Part shown: positions 1 through 8,061 of the stretch, piece by piece
How positions within the stretch are numbered: the stretch's first letter is position 1
Layout: every line of letters begins with the position of its first letter
Assembly (NCBI GenBank): GCA_031431875.1
Contig: JANPEF010000121.1
Location: forward strand, 1-50,998
From: Candidatus Eiseniibacteriota bacterium
GTDB lineage: Bacteria > Eisenbacteria > RBG-16-71-46 > DASYSL01
Direction: 5' to 3'
Length of the DNA: 50,998 bases
Position numbers and translations under genes: made by a program
Notes under the pieces: generated by a model
Database searches by the model: none
Told to the model about the DNA's origin: nothing
What the model saw: the letters and a program-made list of their open reading frames with translations, nothing else

Positions 1-1588
1 GTGGGTCGCCAACTACGTCGTGATGGGCTACGGCACGGGTGTCGTGCAATGCGTGCCCGCCCACGACACGCGCGACTACGAGTTCGCGAAGAAGTACGCA
101 CTGCCGATCCCGCAGGTCATCGCCGCCCCCGGCGGCCACGAGTCCTGGCATCCCGAGGACGGCGACAAGCTGCACGACGGCATGGGCTGGGAAGAAGTCG
201 CCGGCGACAAGATCTATGTCGGCGACGGCACGCTCGTCGACTCGGGCCCCGACACCGGGCTCCACTCGGCCGATGCACGCGAGAAGATCACCGCCCGCCT
301 GGCCGCAGCGGGGCAGGGGCGGCACAAGGTCCAGTTCCGCCTGCGCGACTGGCTGGTCTCGCGCCAGCGCTACTGGGGCGCGCCCATCCCGATGATCTAC
401 TGCGACGCCGCATGCGGTCTGGTGCCCGTGCCCGAGGCCGACCTGCCCGTGCTGCTCCCCGAGGACGTCGAGTTCCGCCCGGCGGGAGACTCGCCCCTGA
501 CGACGTCGGACACGTTCATGTCGGTCCCGTGCCCGAAGTGCGGCAAGCCCGCCCGGCGCGAGACCGACACGCTCGACACGTTCGTCGACAGCTCGTGGTA
601 CTTCCTGCGCTTCCTGTCGCCGAAGGACGCGACGCGCGCCTTCGACGGCAAGCTGGCGGACAAGTGGCTGCCGGTCGACCAGTACATCGGCGGCGTCGAG
701 CACGCGATCCTTCACCTGCTCTACGCCCGGTTCATCACCAAGGTGCTGGCCGACCTCGGCTACGTGAACTTCCGCGAGCCGTTCATGCACCTGTTCACGC
801 AGGGCATGATCACCAAGGGCGGCGTCAAGATGTCGAAGTCGAAGGGCAACGTCGTCTCGCCCGACGCCCTGATCAAGCGCTACGGTGCCGACACCTCCCG
901 CGTCTACACGCTGTTCATCGGCCCTCCCGAGAAGGACGCCGAATGGTCCGACGCCGGCGTCGAAGGTGCCTTCCGCTTCCTGAATCGGTTCTGGCGCCTG
1001 GCGGAACCGCGGCTGGAGTTGATGCGGTGGGTGAACACCGGCGCTCCACTGCCGGAGCTGGGCATCAAGGCGCTCGAGCTGCACCGCGCCTCGCACAAGA
1101 CGATCGCCCGCGTCACGACCGACTTCGCCGAGTTCAAGTTCAACACGGCAGTGGCGGCACTGATGGAACTGGTGAACGCGATCTCACTGGACGCCAACGA
1201 TACACCGATCGAACACGCCGTCGGCTCCGACCGCGGCTGGGCGATGGGGGAGGCCCTGCGCACCCTGACCGTGCTGATGGCGCCCGTGGCGCCGCACGTG
1301 GCTGAGGAGGTGTGGCAGCGGGTCGCGGGGGGCGGGGCAGGAGACACGGTATTTCGCGCTGGCTGGCCGGTGGCGGATCCCGCGGCGCTGGTCGCCGAGA
1401 CCGAGCTGATCGTCGTGCAGATCAACGGCAAGCTGCGCGCAAAACTGGATCTCCCGGCGGACCTGGACCAGGTCTCCGTCGAGCGCGAGGCGCGCGAGAA
1501 CCCGAAGATCCAGGCGATGCTCGAGGGGAAGACGGTCCGCAAGGTGATCCATGTGCCGCACAAGCTGGTGAACATCGTCAGCTCGTAG
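1..1588 (+). CDS. leuS: Leucyl-tRNA synthetase, C-terminal part (5' end outside the window; frame of ORF 20..1588)
   Basis: YGTGVVQCVPAHD editing-domain motif, LRDWLVSRQRYWGAPIP, YIGGVEHAILHLLYARF, KMSKSKGN, C-terminal VVQINGKLR...KLVNIV. Confidence 0.98.
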   Translation, partial: WVANYVVMGYGTGVVQCVPAHDTRDYEFAKKYALPIPQVIAAPGGHESWHPEDGDKLHDGMGWEEVAGDKIYVGDGTLVDSGPDTGLHSADAREKITARLAAAGQGRHKVQFRLRDWLVSRQRYWGAPIPMIYCDAACGLVPVPEADLPVLLPEDVEFRPAGDSPLTTSDTFMSVPCPKCGKPARRETDTLDTFVDSSWYFLRFLSPKDATRAFDGKLADKWLPVDQYIGGVEHAILHLLYARFITKVLADLGYVNFREPFMHLFTQGMITKGGVKMSKSKGNVVSPDALIKRYGADTSRVYTLFIGPPEKDAEWSDAGVEGAFRFLNRFWRLAEPRLELMRWVNTGAPLPELGIKALELHRASHKTIARVTTDFAEFKFNTAVAALMELVNAISLDANDTPIEHAVGSDRGWAMGEALRTLTVLMAPVAPHVAEEVWQRVAGGGAGDTVFRAGWPVADPAALVAETELIVVQINGKLRAKLDLPADLDQVSVEREARENPKIQAMLEGKTVRKVIHVPHKLVNIVSS

Positions 1589-1629
1589 GGCCCCGCCGAT
1601 TCCTCGCCCGGGCCGCGACGGATTTGTGC

Positions 1630-1658
1630 TTGTCCCGGGACCGTGCGGGGTCTAGCGT
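1630..1658 (+). promoter_or_regulatory. Putative sigma70-type promoter for the 1849 gene
   Basis: TTGTCC-N17-TAGCGT; a perfect 12-bp palindrome AGACGTACGTCT follows at 1678-1689. Confidence 0.35.
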
Positions 1659-1848
1659 CTTCCTCAGCATCGGCCACAGACGTACGTCTCAACGCTGTTC
1701 CCACCCAGGCCTCTCCCCACGGCCGCCCGTCCCGGTGCAGGCGCTCTCCGAGCGCCACAGGGTTACGCCGCAGTCCAGGCTGGAGCGGATCGCGAGTGCG
1801 ATCCCGCAACCCCTGCATTCTCTGCGGCGCCCAACCAGGAGAAGTGCG

Positions 1849-2733
1849 ATGTCTCATCCTCGAACTCTCGTCCGGACCCGCGCGAGCTTGTGCGCCGCGG
1901 GCATCTCCCTGTTGCTCGTGTTGAATGCACTCCCTGCAGGGGCGGGGGGGCCTCGTTCCGTGGATGACCCCGGCAACGGTGGCAATCCTCGCGTCTTCCC
2001 ACCGGGCTCGAGTCCGTACGGTTCGAGCTATGGAGACTGGTCGGCCCGCTGGTGGCAGTGGGCCTACGGGCTGCCGGTCGCCGGCCATCCGCTGTTCGAT
2101 GAGACCGGTGCGGATTGCGGCGCCGGTCAGTCCGGCCCCGTGTGGTTCCTCGGCGGGGTCTTCAACGTGTCGGGCAGCGCGACGCGGACGATGTGCTCCA
2201 TCCCGGCCGGCAAGGCGCTCTACTTCCCGATCATCAACGTGGAGTGGGACAACGTCTGCCCAGCGGAGGAGCCGCCGCTCAGCGTCGAAGAGCTTCGGGC
2301 TACTGCCGCGTGGTTCATGGATCTCGCGACGGCGCTCTCCTGCGAGCTCGACGGCGTCCCGATCGAGAATCCTTTCGCATACCGATTCACCGCAGGACCC
2401 TTCGGCGTGGACATCCCGTCCGGGAGCATCTGGGAGTTCTTCGGCTGCGCGACCCCGGCGGGGCACTACGCACCGCTGATGGCCGACGGCTACTTCCTCA
2501 TGCTGAAACCGCTGGCTCCCGGGGCACACGTGCTGCACTTCAGCGGGACGATCGGTGATCCGGTCAACTTCACGCTCGAGATCACCTACGAGCTGACGGT
2601 CGTTCCCGATCATCAGAACCTGGTTGAACAACCGCTCGAACCCGGGGTCGAAGGAGTCCGCGAGCTCGGTGCGGCAGGCGAAATCCCCGGTCGCGTGACG
2701 ACCTGGGGGCGCATGAAGTCCACTTATCGTTGA
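1849..2733 (+). CDS. Secreted hypothetical protein with C-terminal TWGxxKxxYR motif
   Basis: AGGAG RBS before ATG 1849; signal-peptide-like N-terminus; conserved-looking core YGDWSARWWQW...GPVWFLGG...ADGYFLMLKPL; ends TTWGRMKSTYR. Confidence 0.8.
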   Translation: MSHPRTLVRTRASLCAAGISLLLVLNALPAGAGGPRSVDDPGNGGNPRVFPPGSSPYGSSYGDWSARWWQWAYGLPVAGHPLFDETGADCGAGQSGPVWFLGGVFNVSGSATRTMCSIPAGKALYFPIINVEWDNVCPAEEPPLSVEELRATAAWFMDLATALSCELDGVPIENPFAYRFTAGPFGVDIPSGSIWEFFGCATPAGHYAPLMADGYFLMLKPLAPGAHVLHFSGTIGDPVNFTLEITYELTVVPDHQNLVEQPLEPGVEGVRELGAAGEIPGRVTTWGRMKSTYR

Positions 2734-2752
2734 GTCCGCAAGCGGCGATCGA

Positions 2753-2780
2753 GGGCGGGGAGCGACGCTGCTCCCCGCCC
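2753..2780. terminator. Hairpin between convergent genes, probable bidirectional terminator
   Basis: GGGCGGGGAGC (2753-2763) / GCTCCCCGCCC (2770-2780) perfect 11-bp stem with 6-nt loop; no U-tract. Confidence 0.65.
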
Positions 2781-2790
2781 GATCACCGAC

Positions 2791-5700
2791 TCAGCCGAGG
2801 ACGACGACCTTCCTCATCGCCGCAAACGCCTCGACCCGTCCACGCACGAAGTAGACCCCAGGCGCGACCGCCGCACCACGTGCATCCCGCGCATCCCACA
2901 TCAGATCATGACGCCCCGCGACCACGGGCCCGCGCGCGAGCACGCGCACGAGCCTTCCGGCCGCGTTGAACACCTCGACCTCCACCTCGGCGTCCCGCGG
3001 CACATTCAGCCGAAACCGCATCGACCCGCGCGCCGGGTTGCGATCACTCAACGCAAACGCCGCCACAGATGGCAATCCGCCGTCCGGATCCACGTCCGTC
3101 GTCCCGGCGACCACCTCGAACGCCGCATCGCTCACGTCGGCGCGGCCCGCGACTGCCGCGTCGGACACGCGGATCCGTGCATTCGCGCTCGCCGGCGGCG
3201 TGACGATCCACGTCATCGCGGTTCCCGGCACGTTCGTCGCGATCGGCTGCCAGCTCGTGCCGCCGTTGCGCGAGACCGAGACGTCGACGCCTTGTACGCC
3301 GGCACCCTTGTTCCACGTGACTTGCTGCAGTGTCGCGATCGTCCGCTCGGCGCCAGGGGAGGCGAGGGCGGGGGAGGGGGTCGCGTCCTCGAGGACCCAG
3401 GGCGTGGAGGCAATCGCGTTCGTCGGGATGGGCGGGAGGCCGGCCTGCGGCCAGATCTCCCCGCCGTTCGGGGTCACGAGCAAGAGTTGGTTGGGAAGGA
3501 ACGGCGACGTCGTCCCGTTGAACACCGTTACCGCGCCGCAGCGGTTCTGGCTCACCGCGAGATCCGGCACTCCGTCGGTGATGAAGTCGCCGACAGCGAG
3601 GCCCCACGCGTCCATCGTGGCGATCACTGTTGGCGGCCCGAACGTGCCGTCCCCCACGTCACCGACGCCGAGCCCGGGGAGCATCCCGACGACGCCGAGG
3701 GTGTCGAGCGTGTAGACAATGTCGAGGATCCCGTCCTGGTCGAAGTCGAGCACGGCAAGATCGCGGGGCGTGCTCGGGAGGGGCACCACCGGTTGGCCGA
3801 CGAACCAGGGCGACCCGGCACATTCGGGATCGAGGGATGCGTTCTTGAGCCGCACCCGAAGCTGGCGCCGCCCGAGCGCGACGACGTCGGCCAGGCCATC
3901 CTCGTTGAAGTCGCCCGAGGCGTGCCCCACACCCGACGGATCGTCCAGCGCCCCCCCGAGGTTGAGGCACGTCCCGTCCATCCCCGGCGCGAACCATGCC
4001 ATGTACGACGTGCTCCCTCCACCCGAGACGGCCAGGTCAAGCGTGCCGTCGTTGTTGAAGTCCTGCACGGTGACCTTGCGCGCCGACGCGTAATGGTCGG
4101 TCCAGGGCCGGAACGGAGACTCGAATCCGCCGCTCCACACGCCACCGGTGCCGCTCCCACGCAGGATCATGGCCCCGCCGCGCTCCTGCACTCCGGCTGA
4201 ATCGAAGAGGCAGGGGACGAGGTCGAGAATCCCGTCCTGGTCCATGTCCGCGATTGCCACTCCGTCCACGCGGCCGTAAAGGGGAATCTCGAGCGGGGGG
4301 CCAAAGGTTCCGCCCTGGTTCGGGTAGACCCTGAGCCGACCCGACGCCGCGTCGCTGAGGGAGACGACGAGGTCCTCGAATCCGTCGGCGTCGAGATCCG
4401 CCACGGCCGCGTGCCGAGCGCGCATGTCGAGCGGAAGCGTCTGCACGATCGCGAACATCCCGTCGCCGACGCCGGCCGTCCCGGCACCGCGCAGGACCGT
4501 CGCTTCGGGAGGAAGCGTCGCGTTGCCGACGACGAGATCGCGGATGCCGTCGTTGTCGAAGTCGCCGCTCACGATCATGCGGGGCAACGTTCCCGCACTC
4601 GACCCCGGCGGGCAGACCGGCGGCGGGAACGAACCGAACGCCGCAAAGTTCGCCTGCGGGACGCTGCCGACACCATGGAATCTGCCGCCCGCGTAGACGA
4701 CGGGGTCGATCACGGCGAGCGCCCAGACTTCCAGGTCCGCGAAGTCCGCGGTCCACGGGGTGACTGCGCCCGTCACCCGGTCGAACTCGACAGCGCGCAT
4801 CCGCGCGATTCCGCTGACCGTGGTGAAATCACCGCCTGCGAACACCCCCGTCGAGCTCCGAGCCAGGCTGCGCACGATGCCGCTCACGATCGGATTGAAC
4901 GGCAGGACCGTGCCGAGCCCGGTGTTGACCTGCGCGAGCCGGCTGCGAGGCGTCACCCCAAGGGCGGTGAAGTCGCCTCCGGCATAGACTGTCGAGCCGT
5001 CGATCAGCAGCGAGCGCACGGTCGCGTTCGCGTTCGGGTTCCAACTGTTTGCGAATGAACTGCCCAGGTTCGTGCCGCCCAGGCGCGAACGCGGCTGGCC
5101 GCCGCACTGGGTAAACGTTCCGCCCATGTAGACGTTGCTCGCATCGACCGCGATCGCGAACACGATCCCGTTCGGTTCCGGAAACCACGACAGCCCTTGA
5201 GACGTCCGCACGTCGACCGCGCCCGCATTGTCGAAACTGTTCCCGGCGATGGAGGTGAACTGTCCTCCCATGTAGAGCACCGTGTCGCGGAGCGCGAGGG
5301 CCCACACCGGGCCGTTCACGTCTACGGAGAAAGCCGTGACGGCCCCGGTCGGCCCATCGAGGGCGGCGAGCCGCGTCCGGGTCTGCCCGTCGACGGTCGT
5401 GAAGTCGCCGCCGAGATAGATCGTCTGCACCTCGTCCTGCGCGACGACGACGTGGAGCGCGCGCACCGCGCCATTCACATCGGGAGCGTACGGCAACAGC
5501 GCGCCGGTCGCCGCGTCGAACGCGGCGAAGTTCCGGCGCAGGAGTCCGTTCAGCCCGGTGTAGTCGCCGCCCGCGAAGATGCCCGCGGGAATGGCCTGGA
5601 TCGCGAGGACGGCTTCGTTCGGCCGCGGGTCCCAGGCCGCTGCAGCGCCGGTGACCTCGTCGATCTTCGCCAGGCGGCTGCGCGCCTGCCCGCCGGCATT

Positions 5701-6750
5701 CGCGAACCGTCCGCCGATGACCACGTGACCGCTCGAGTAGGTGAGCCCGTACACGGGGCCGTCGGCATTCGGGTTCCACGTGCTGGCGAAGCCGGAGACC
5801 GGGTCGACTGAGGCGATCCGGTTCCGGGGTTGCCCGGCGATAATCGTGAACTCGCCACCGACGAATGTGGTCGTCAGCCGCTCCAGGAGCGTGTGCACCG
5901 TGCCGTTCGGATTCGGGGCCCAAGCGGTGGCCGATCCGGGCGCGGTCAGCGTGAGCTCGGCGAGGTTCGACCGCGGAACTCCTGCGATCGTCGTGAACGT
6001 GCCGCCGACCACGAGCGTGTTGCTCGGCCCGGGGCGGGGGACGATCTGGACATCGCGCACGGTCCCGTTGCAGCCCGGGTTCCACGTCGTCGCGAGGCCC
6101 GTGGACGTGCTCAGGATCGCGATGTTGGCCCGGGGCGAGCCGCCGATGAAGTTGAAGTTGCCGCCCGTGTAGACACTGCCACCCGTGACCTCGAGCGCAT
6201 GGACGTTGCCGCTCGACGAGGGGTTCCACGAGGTGACGGCACCATTCGACGCCACCGCCGCAATCCGGTCGCGCGCCTGCCCACCGACGAGCGTGAACTC
6301 GCCGCCCATGTAGACGGTGGCCGTCGGCCCGACATCGAGCGCGAGCACCGCGCCATTGGTGCCGGGATTCCACGCCGAGACCGACAGGTCCGCCGCGATG
6401 TGCGCGACGTTCGCGCGCGCCTGCCCGCCGACGCTGGTGAACAGCCCGCCGATGTAGACGCCACCCGAGACGTCGCCGGCGGCACAGAGCACGCGCCCGA
6501 CCACCTGTGGATAGCCCGGGAGCGTCGCCCCGGTGGCGGGATCGAAGACAATCCCGGCGCCGGTCGCCGACGAGACCTCGGTGAACTGGCCGCCCACGTA
6601 GATCGTACTCGCGTCCTGGGCGAGGGCGAACACGGAACCGTTGGTGACCCACAGGTTCGTGTCGACGGGCTCGGCCAGTGCGGCGTGAGCCCACAGCAAC
6701 GACGCGGCAAGGAGTGTGGCGACAAGGGCGGCGTGGCGAAGTGGGTTCAT
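2791..6750 (-). CDS. Large secreted protein: beta-propeller (delta-60-like) repeats + FG-GAP repeats + Ig-like domain + FlgD-Ig C-terminal domain
   Basis: GAGGGAG RBS before ATG 6750, signal peptide MNPLRHAALVATLLAASLLWAHAALA; about 12 repeats of YxGGxFT..GGQ.R..A...W.P..NG.V; GDFDNDGIRDL / DLDADGFEDL / DFNEDGLADV repeats; tail FNAAGRLVRVL...WDARDARG...GVYFVR. Confidence 0.88.
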   Translation of the reverse strand: MNPLRHAALVATLLAASLLWAHAALAEPVDTNLWVTNGSVFALAQDASTIYVGGQFTEVSSATGAGIVFDPATGATLPGYPQVVGRVLCAAGDVSGGVYIGGLFTSVGGQARANVAHIAADLSVSAWNPGTNGAVLALDVGPTATVYMGGEFTLVGGQARDRIAAVASNGAVTSWNPSSSGNVHALEVTGGSVYTGGNFNFIGGSPRANIAILSTSTGLATTWNPGCNGTVRDVQIVPRPGPSNTLVVGGTFTTIAGVPRSNLAELTLTAPGSATAWAPNPNGTVHTLLERLTTTFVGGEFTIIAGQPRNRIASVDPVSGFASTWNPNADGPVYGLTYSSGHVVIGGRFANAGGQARSRLAKIDEVTGAAAAWDPRPNEAVLAIQAIPAGIFAGGDYTGLNGLLRRNFAAFDAATGALLPYAPDVNGAVRALHVVVAQDEVQTIYLGGDFTTVDGQTRTRLAALDGPTGAVTAFSVDVNGPVWALALRDTVLYMGGQFTSIAGNSFDNAGAVDVRTSQGLSWFPEPNGIVFAIAVDASNVYMGGTFTQCGGQPRSRLGGTNLGSSFANSWNPNANATVRSLLIDGSTVYAGGDFTALGVTPRSRLAQVNTGLGTVLPFNPIVSGIVRSLARSSTGVFAGGDFTTVSGIARMRAVEFDRVTGAVTPWTADFADLEVWALAVIDPVVYAGGRFHGVGSVPQANFAAFGSFPPPVCPPGSSAGTLPRMIVSGDFDNDGIRDLVVGNATLPPEATVLRGAGTAGVGDGMFAIVQTLPLDMRARHAAVADLDADGFEDLVVSLSDAASGRLRVYPNQGGTFGPPLEIPLYGRVDGVAIADMDQDGILDLVPCLFDSAGVQERGGAMILRGSGTGGVWSGGFESPFRPWTDHYASARKVTVQDFNNDGTLDLAVSGGGSTSYMAWFAPGMDGTCLNLGGALDDPSGVGHASGDFNEDGLADVVALGRRQLRVRLKNASLDPECAGSPWFVGQPVVPLPSTPRDLAVLDFDQDGILDIVYTLDTLGVVGMLPGLGVGDVGDGTFGPPTVIATMDAWGLAVGDFITDGVPDLAVSQNRCGAVTVFNGTTSPFLPNQLLLVTPNGGEIWPQAGLPPIPTNAIASTPWVLEDATPSPALASPGAERTIATLQQVTWNKGAGVQGVDVSVSRNGGTSWQPIATNVPGTAMTWIVTPPASANARIRVSDAAVAGRADVSDAAFEVVAGTTDVDPDGGLPSVAAFALSDRNPARGSMRFRLNVPRDAEVEVEVFNAAGRLVRVLARGPVVAGRHDLMWDARDARGAAVAPGVYFVRGRVEAFAAMRKVVVLG

Positions 6751-7207
6751 GGCGGTGTGCTCCCTCAGACTGACGAATGCCGTTGCAACGGGGGACTCGT
6801 TGACTCGTACGCCTGAGCTCGGAAAGCGAACAGTCCCAAGGCCGCGGGCGTGCGGGCAGGGTAGGGGGACCCGTTGCCCGCGTCCCCGCGAGCCCGCCGC
6901 CGAATCGGCGGGCCGGAGACGGTCGGGGAGGAGCCCCCCGATGGTCGGTGCCCGCCGCCGGCGCCCGGGACCAGACCCCGGTACCAGGGCCTCCGGAAGA
7001 CCACGGCGGCGGCGCCAACGTAATGGCAAATCCAAGCACGGCGGCGATGAACCCGAACCGGAGCGGGCGCACGGTGCGGACGTCCCAGGGAGGACGAGCC
7101 GAGGTGACCGCGGCGGGCGGCTGTCCCTCTACTGATGAGCTTAAGCAACAGAGACGATTGGATAGGCTCATCCGGCATCGAGATCGCCCACCGGCGGGAG
7201 AGAATAT

Positions 7208-7235
7208 AGTTTACATAATATTGATTATACGCCAT
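7208..7235 (-). other. dif: dif-like XerC/XerD recombination site
   Basis: Minus strand reads ATGGCGTATAA-TCAATA-TTATGTAAACT: 11-6-11 layout with inner ATAA/TTAT symmetry; XerD arm matches the Bacillus-type TTATGTAAACT; AT-rich and intergenic in a GC-rich window. Confidence 0.85.
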
Positions 7236-7289
7236 TCAGGAGAACGGCAAAGGGCAAGCGGTACAACGGGTTAGGTCCGATGCTTACGG

Positions 7290-7589
7290 CTAGAGCTTCT
7301 TGGGATTCAGTGCGTCGGCGACGACCTGTGGGGACTTGATCGCCACCATGAGTAGCGCCATGGCGGGGCCGTCCGGTCGACGTCGGCCTTGTTCCCAGTT
7401 CCGGAGCGTCCCGATGCTGACCCCGATCATCCGGGCGAACTCGGCCTGGGTCAGGCGCAGCTTGGAGCGAATCGCCCGGATTTGGACGGGCTCGAAGCTG
7501 GTGACCCGAGCGGGCTGAGCCTCGCCACGCCGAATGGCGCCGGCCTCCCGGACGCTGTCGATCAAGAGGTCGAAGTCTCGTTTCTTCAT
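7290..7589 (-). CDS. HigA2/NadS-like XRE-HTH antitoxin
   Basis: IRAIRSKLRLTQAEFARMIGVSIGTLRNWEQGRRRPDGPA HTH; N-terminal FDLLIDSVREAGAI helix; ATGA overlap with the upstream toxin remnant. Confidence 0.88.
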   Translation of the reverse strand: MKKRDFDLLIDSVREAGAIRRGEAQPARVTSFEPVQIRAIRSKLRLTQAEFARMIGVSIGTLRNWEQGRRRPDGPAMALLMVAIKSPQVVADALNPKKL

Positions 7590-7806
7590 TCGAGCTCCTC
7601 GCGCGCCACCTCGCTCAGGATTCGGCGCTGCGACGCTTTCCGCGGCCGGCCGAACCCCAACGAACCTTGCGCAGCCCGTGTGTTCCCGGGATCACCGGAC
7701 CGAGCTGTGGATCCTCCATCAGCGCGATCTGGAGTCGGCGGTATTCGTCGTCCGTCAGGTGACGACCTACGAGCCCTGTAAAGACTCGCGTCTCCAGGAA
7801 GCGCAT
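7586..7806 (-). pseudogene. HigB2/RelE-like toxin inactivated by an internal deletion and frameshift
   Basis: N-half MRFLETRVFT...DDEYRRLQIAL...GPVIPGTHGLRKVRWGSAGRGKR stops at 7615; the C-terminal helix ASQRRILSEVAREELE is in another frame ending at 7586; the usual GGxRVIYY...YxKNE segment is missing. Confidence 0.8.
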
Positions 7807-7815
7807 GCCCCATAG

Positions 7816-7830
7816 TGCGTCATTGACGCA
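7816..7830. promoter_or_regulatory. Palindromic operator, probable antitoxin autoregulation site
   Basis: TGCGTCA-T-TGACGCA perfect inverted repeat 9 nt upstream of the toxin ATG. Confidence 0.6.
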
Positions 7831-7907
7831 GTCCCTAGCAACCGGAAAATGTGCACCTCCGCGTCGCGGCGATCGACCATCGCAGCAGGGGCAGCAGGCG
7901 ATCCGGG

Positions 7908-8060
7908 TCAAGAACCGCGGCGCAGGATCTCGACTTCTTTCGCCAGGCGCCCGGCCAAGCACTCACGCTCGACATCGAGGTTGTAGGCGGCATGCAGGTT
8001 GAGCCGGAACAGGTCCGGGGTGCCGAAGGGCCGTGCGAGGCGCAGGGCCGTATCCGTGGC
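7908..8060 (-). pseudogene. C-terminal remnant of a HigA/VapI-family antitoxin
   Basis: ATDTALRLARPFGTPDLFRLNLHAAYNLDVERECLAGRLAKEV resembles the HigA consensus TADTALRLARYFGTSxEFWLNLQxxYDL; N-terminal HTH start is absent. Confidence 0.65.
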
Positions 8061-8061
8061 C

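Noticed and set aside
4700..6660. Periodic nucleotide repeats suggesting a CRISPR or tandem array
   Set aside because: They are degenerate in-frame protein propeller repeats, with no identical repeats or spacers
6751..7035. N-terminal extension of the 1414-aa ORF
   Set aside because: The RBS and signal peptide point to ATG 6750
6765..7235. 156-aa ORF starting MAYNQYYVNYIL
   Set aside because: Its start is simply the dif sequence read as codons; the remainder looks non-coding
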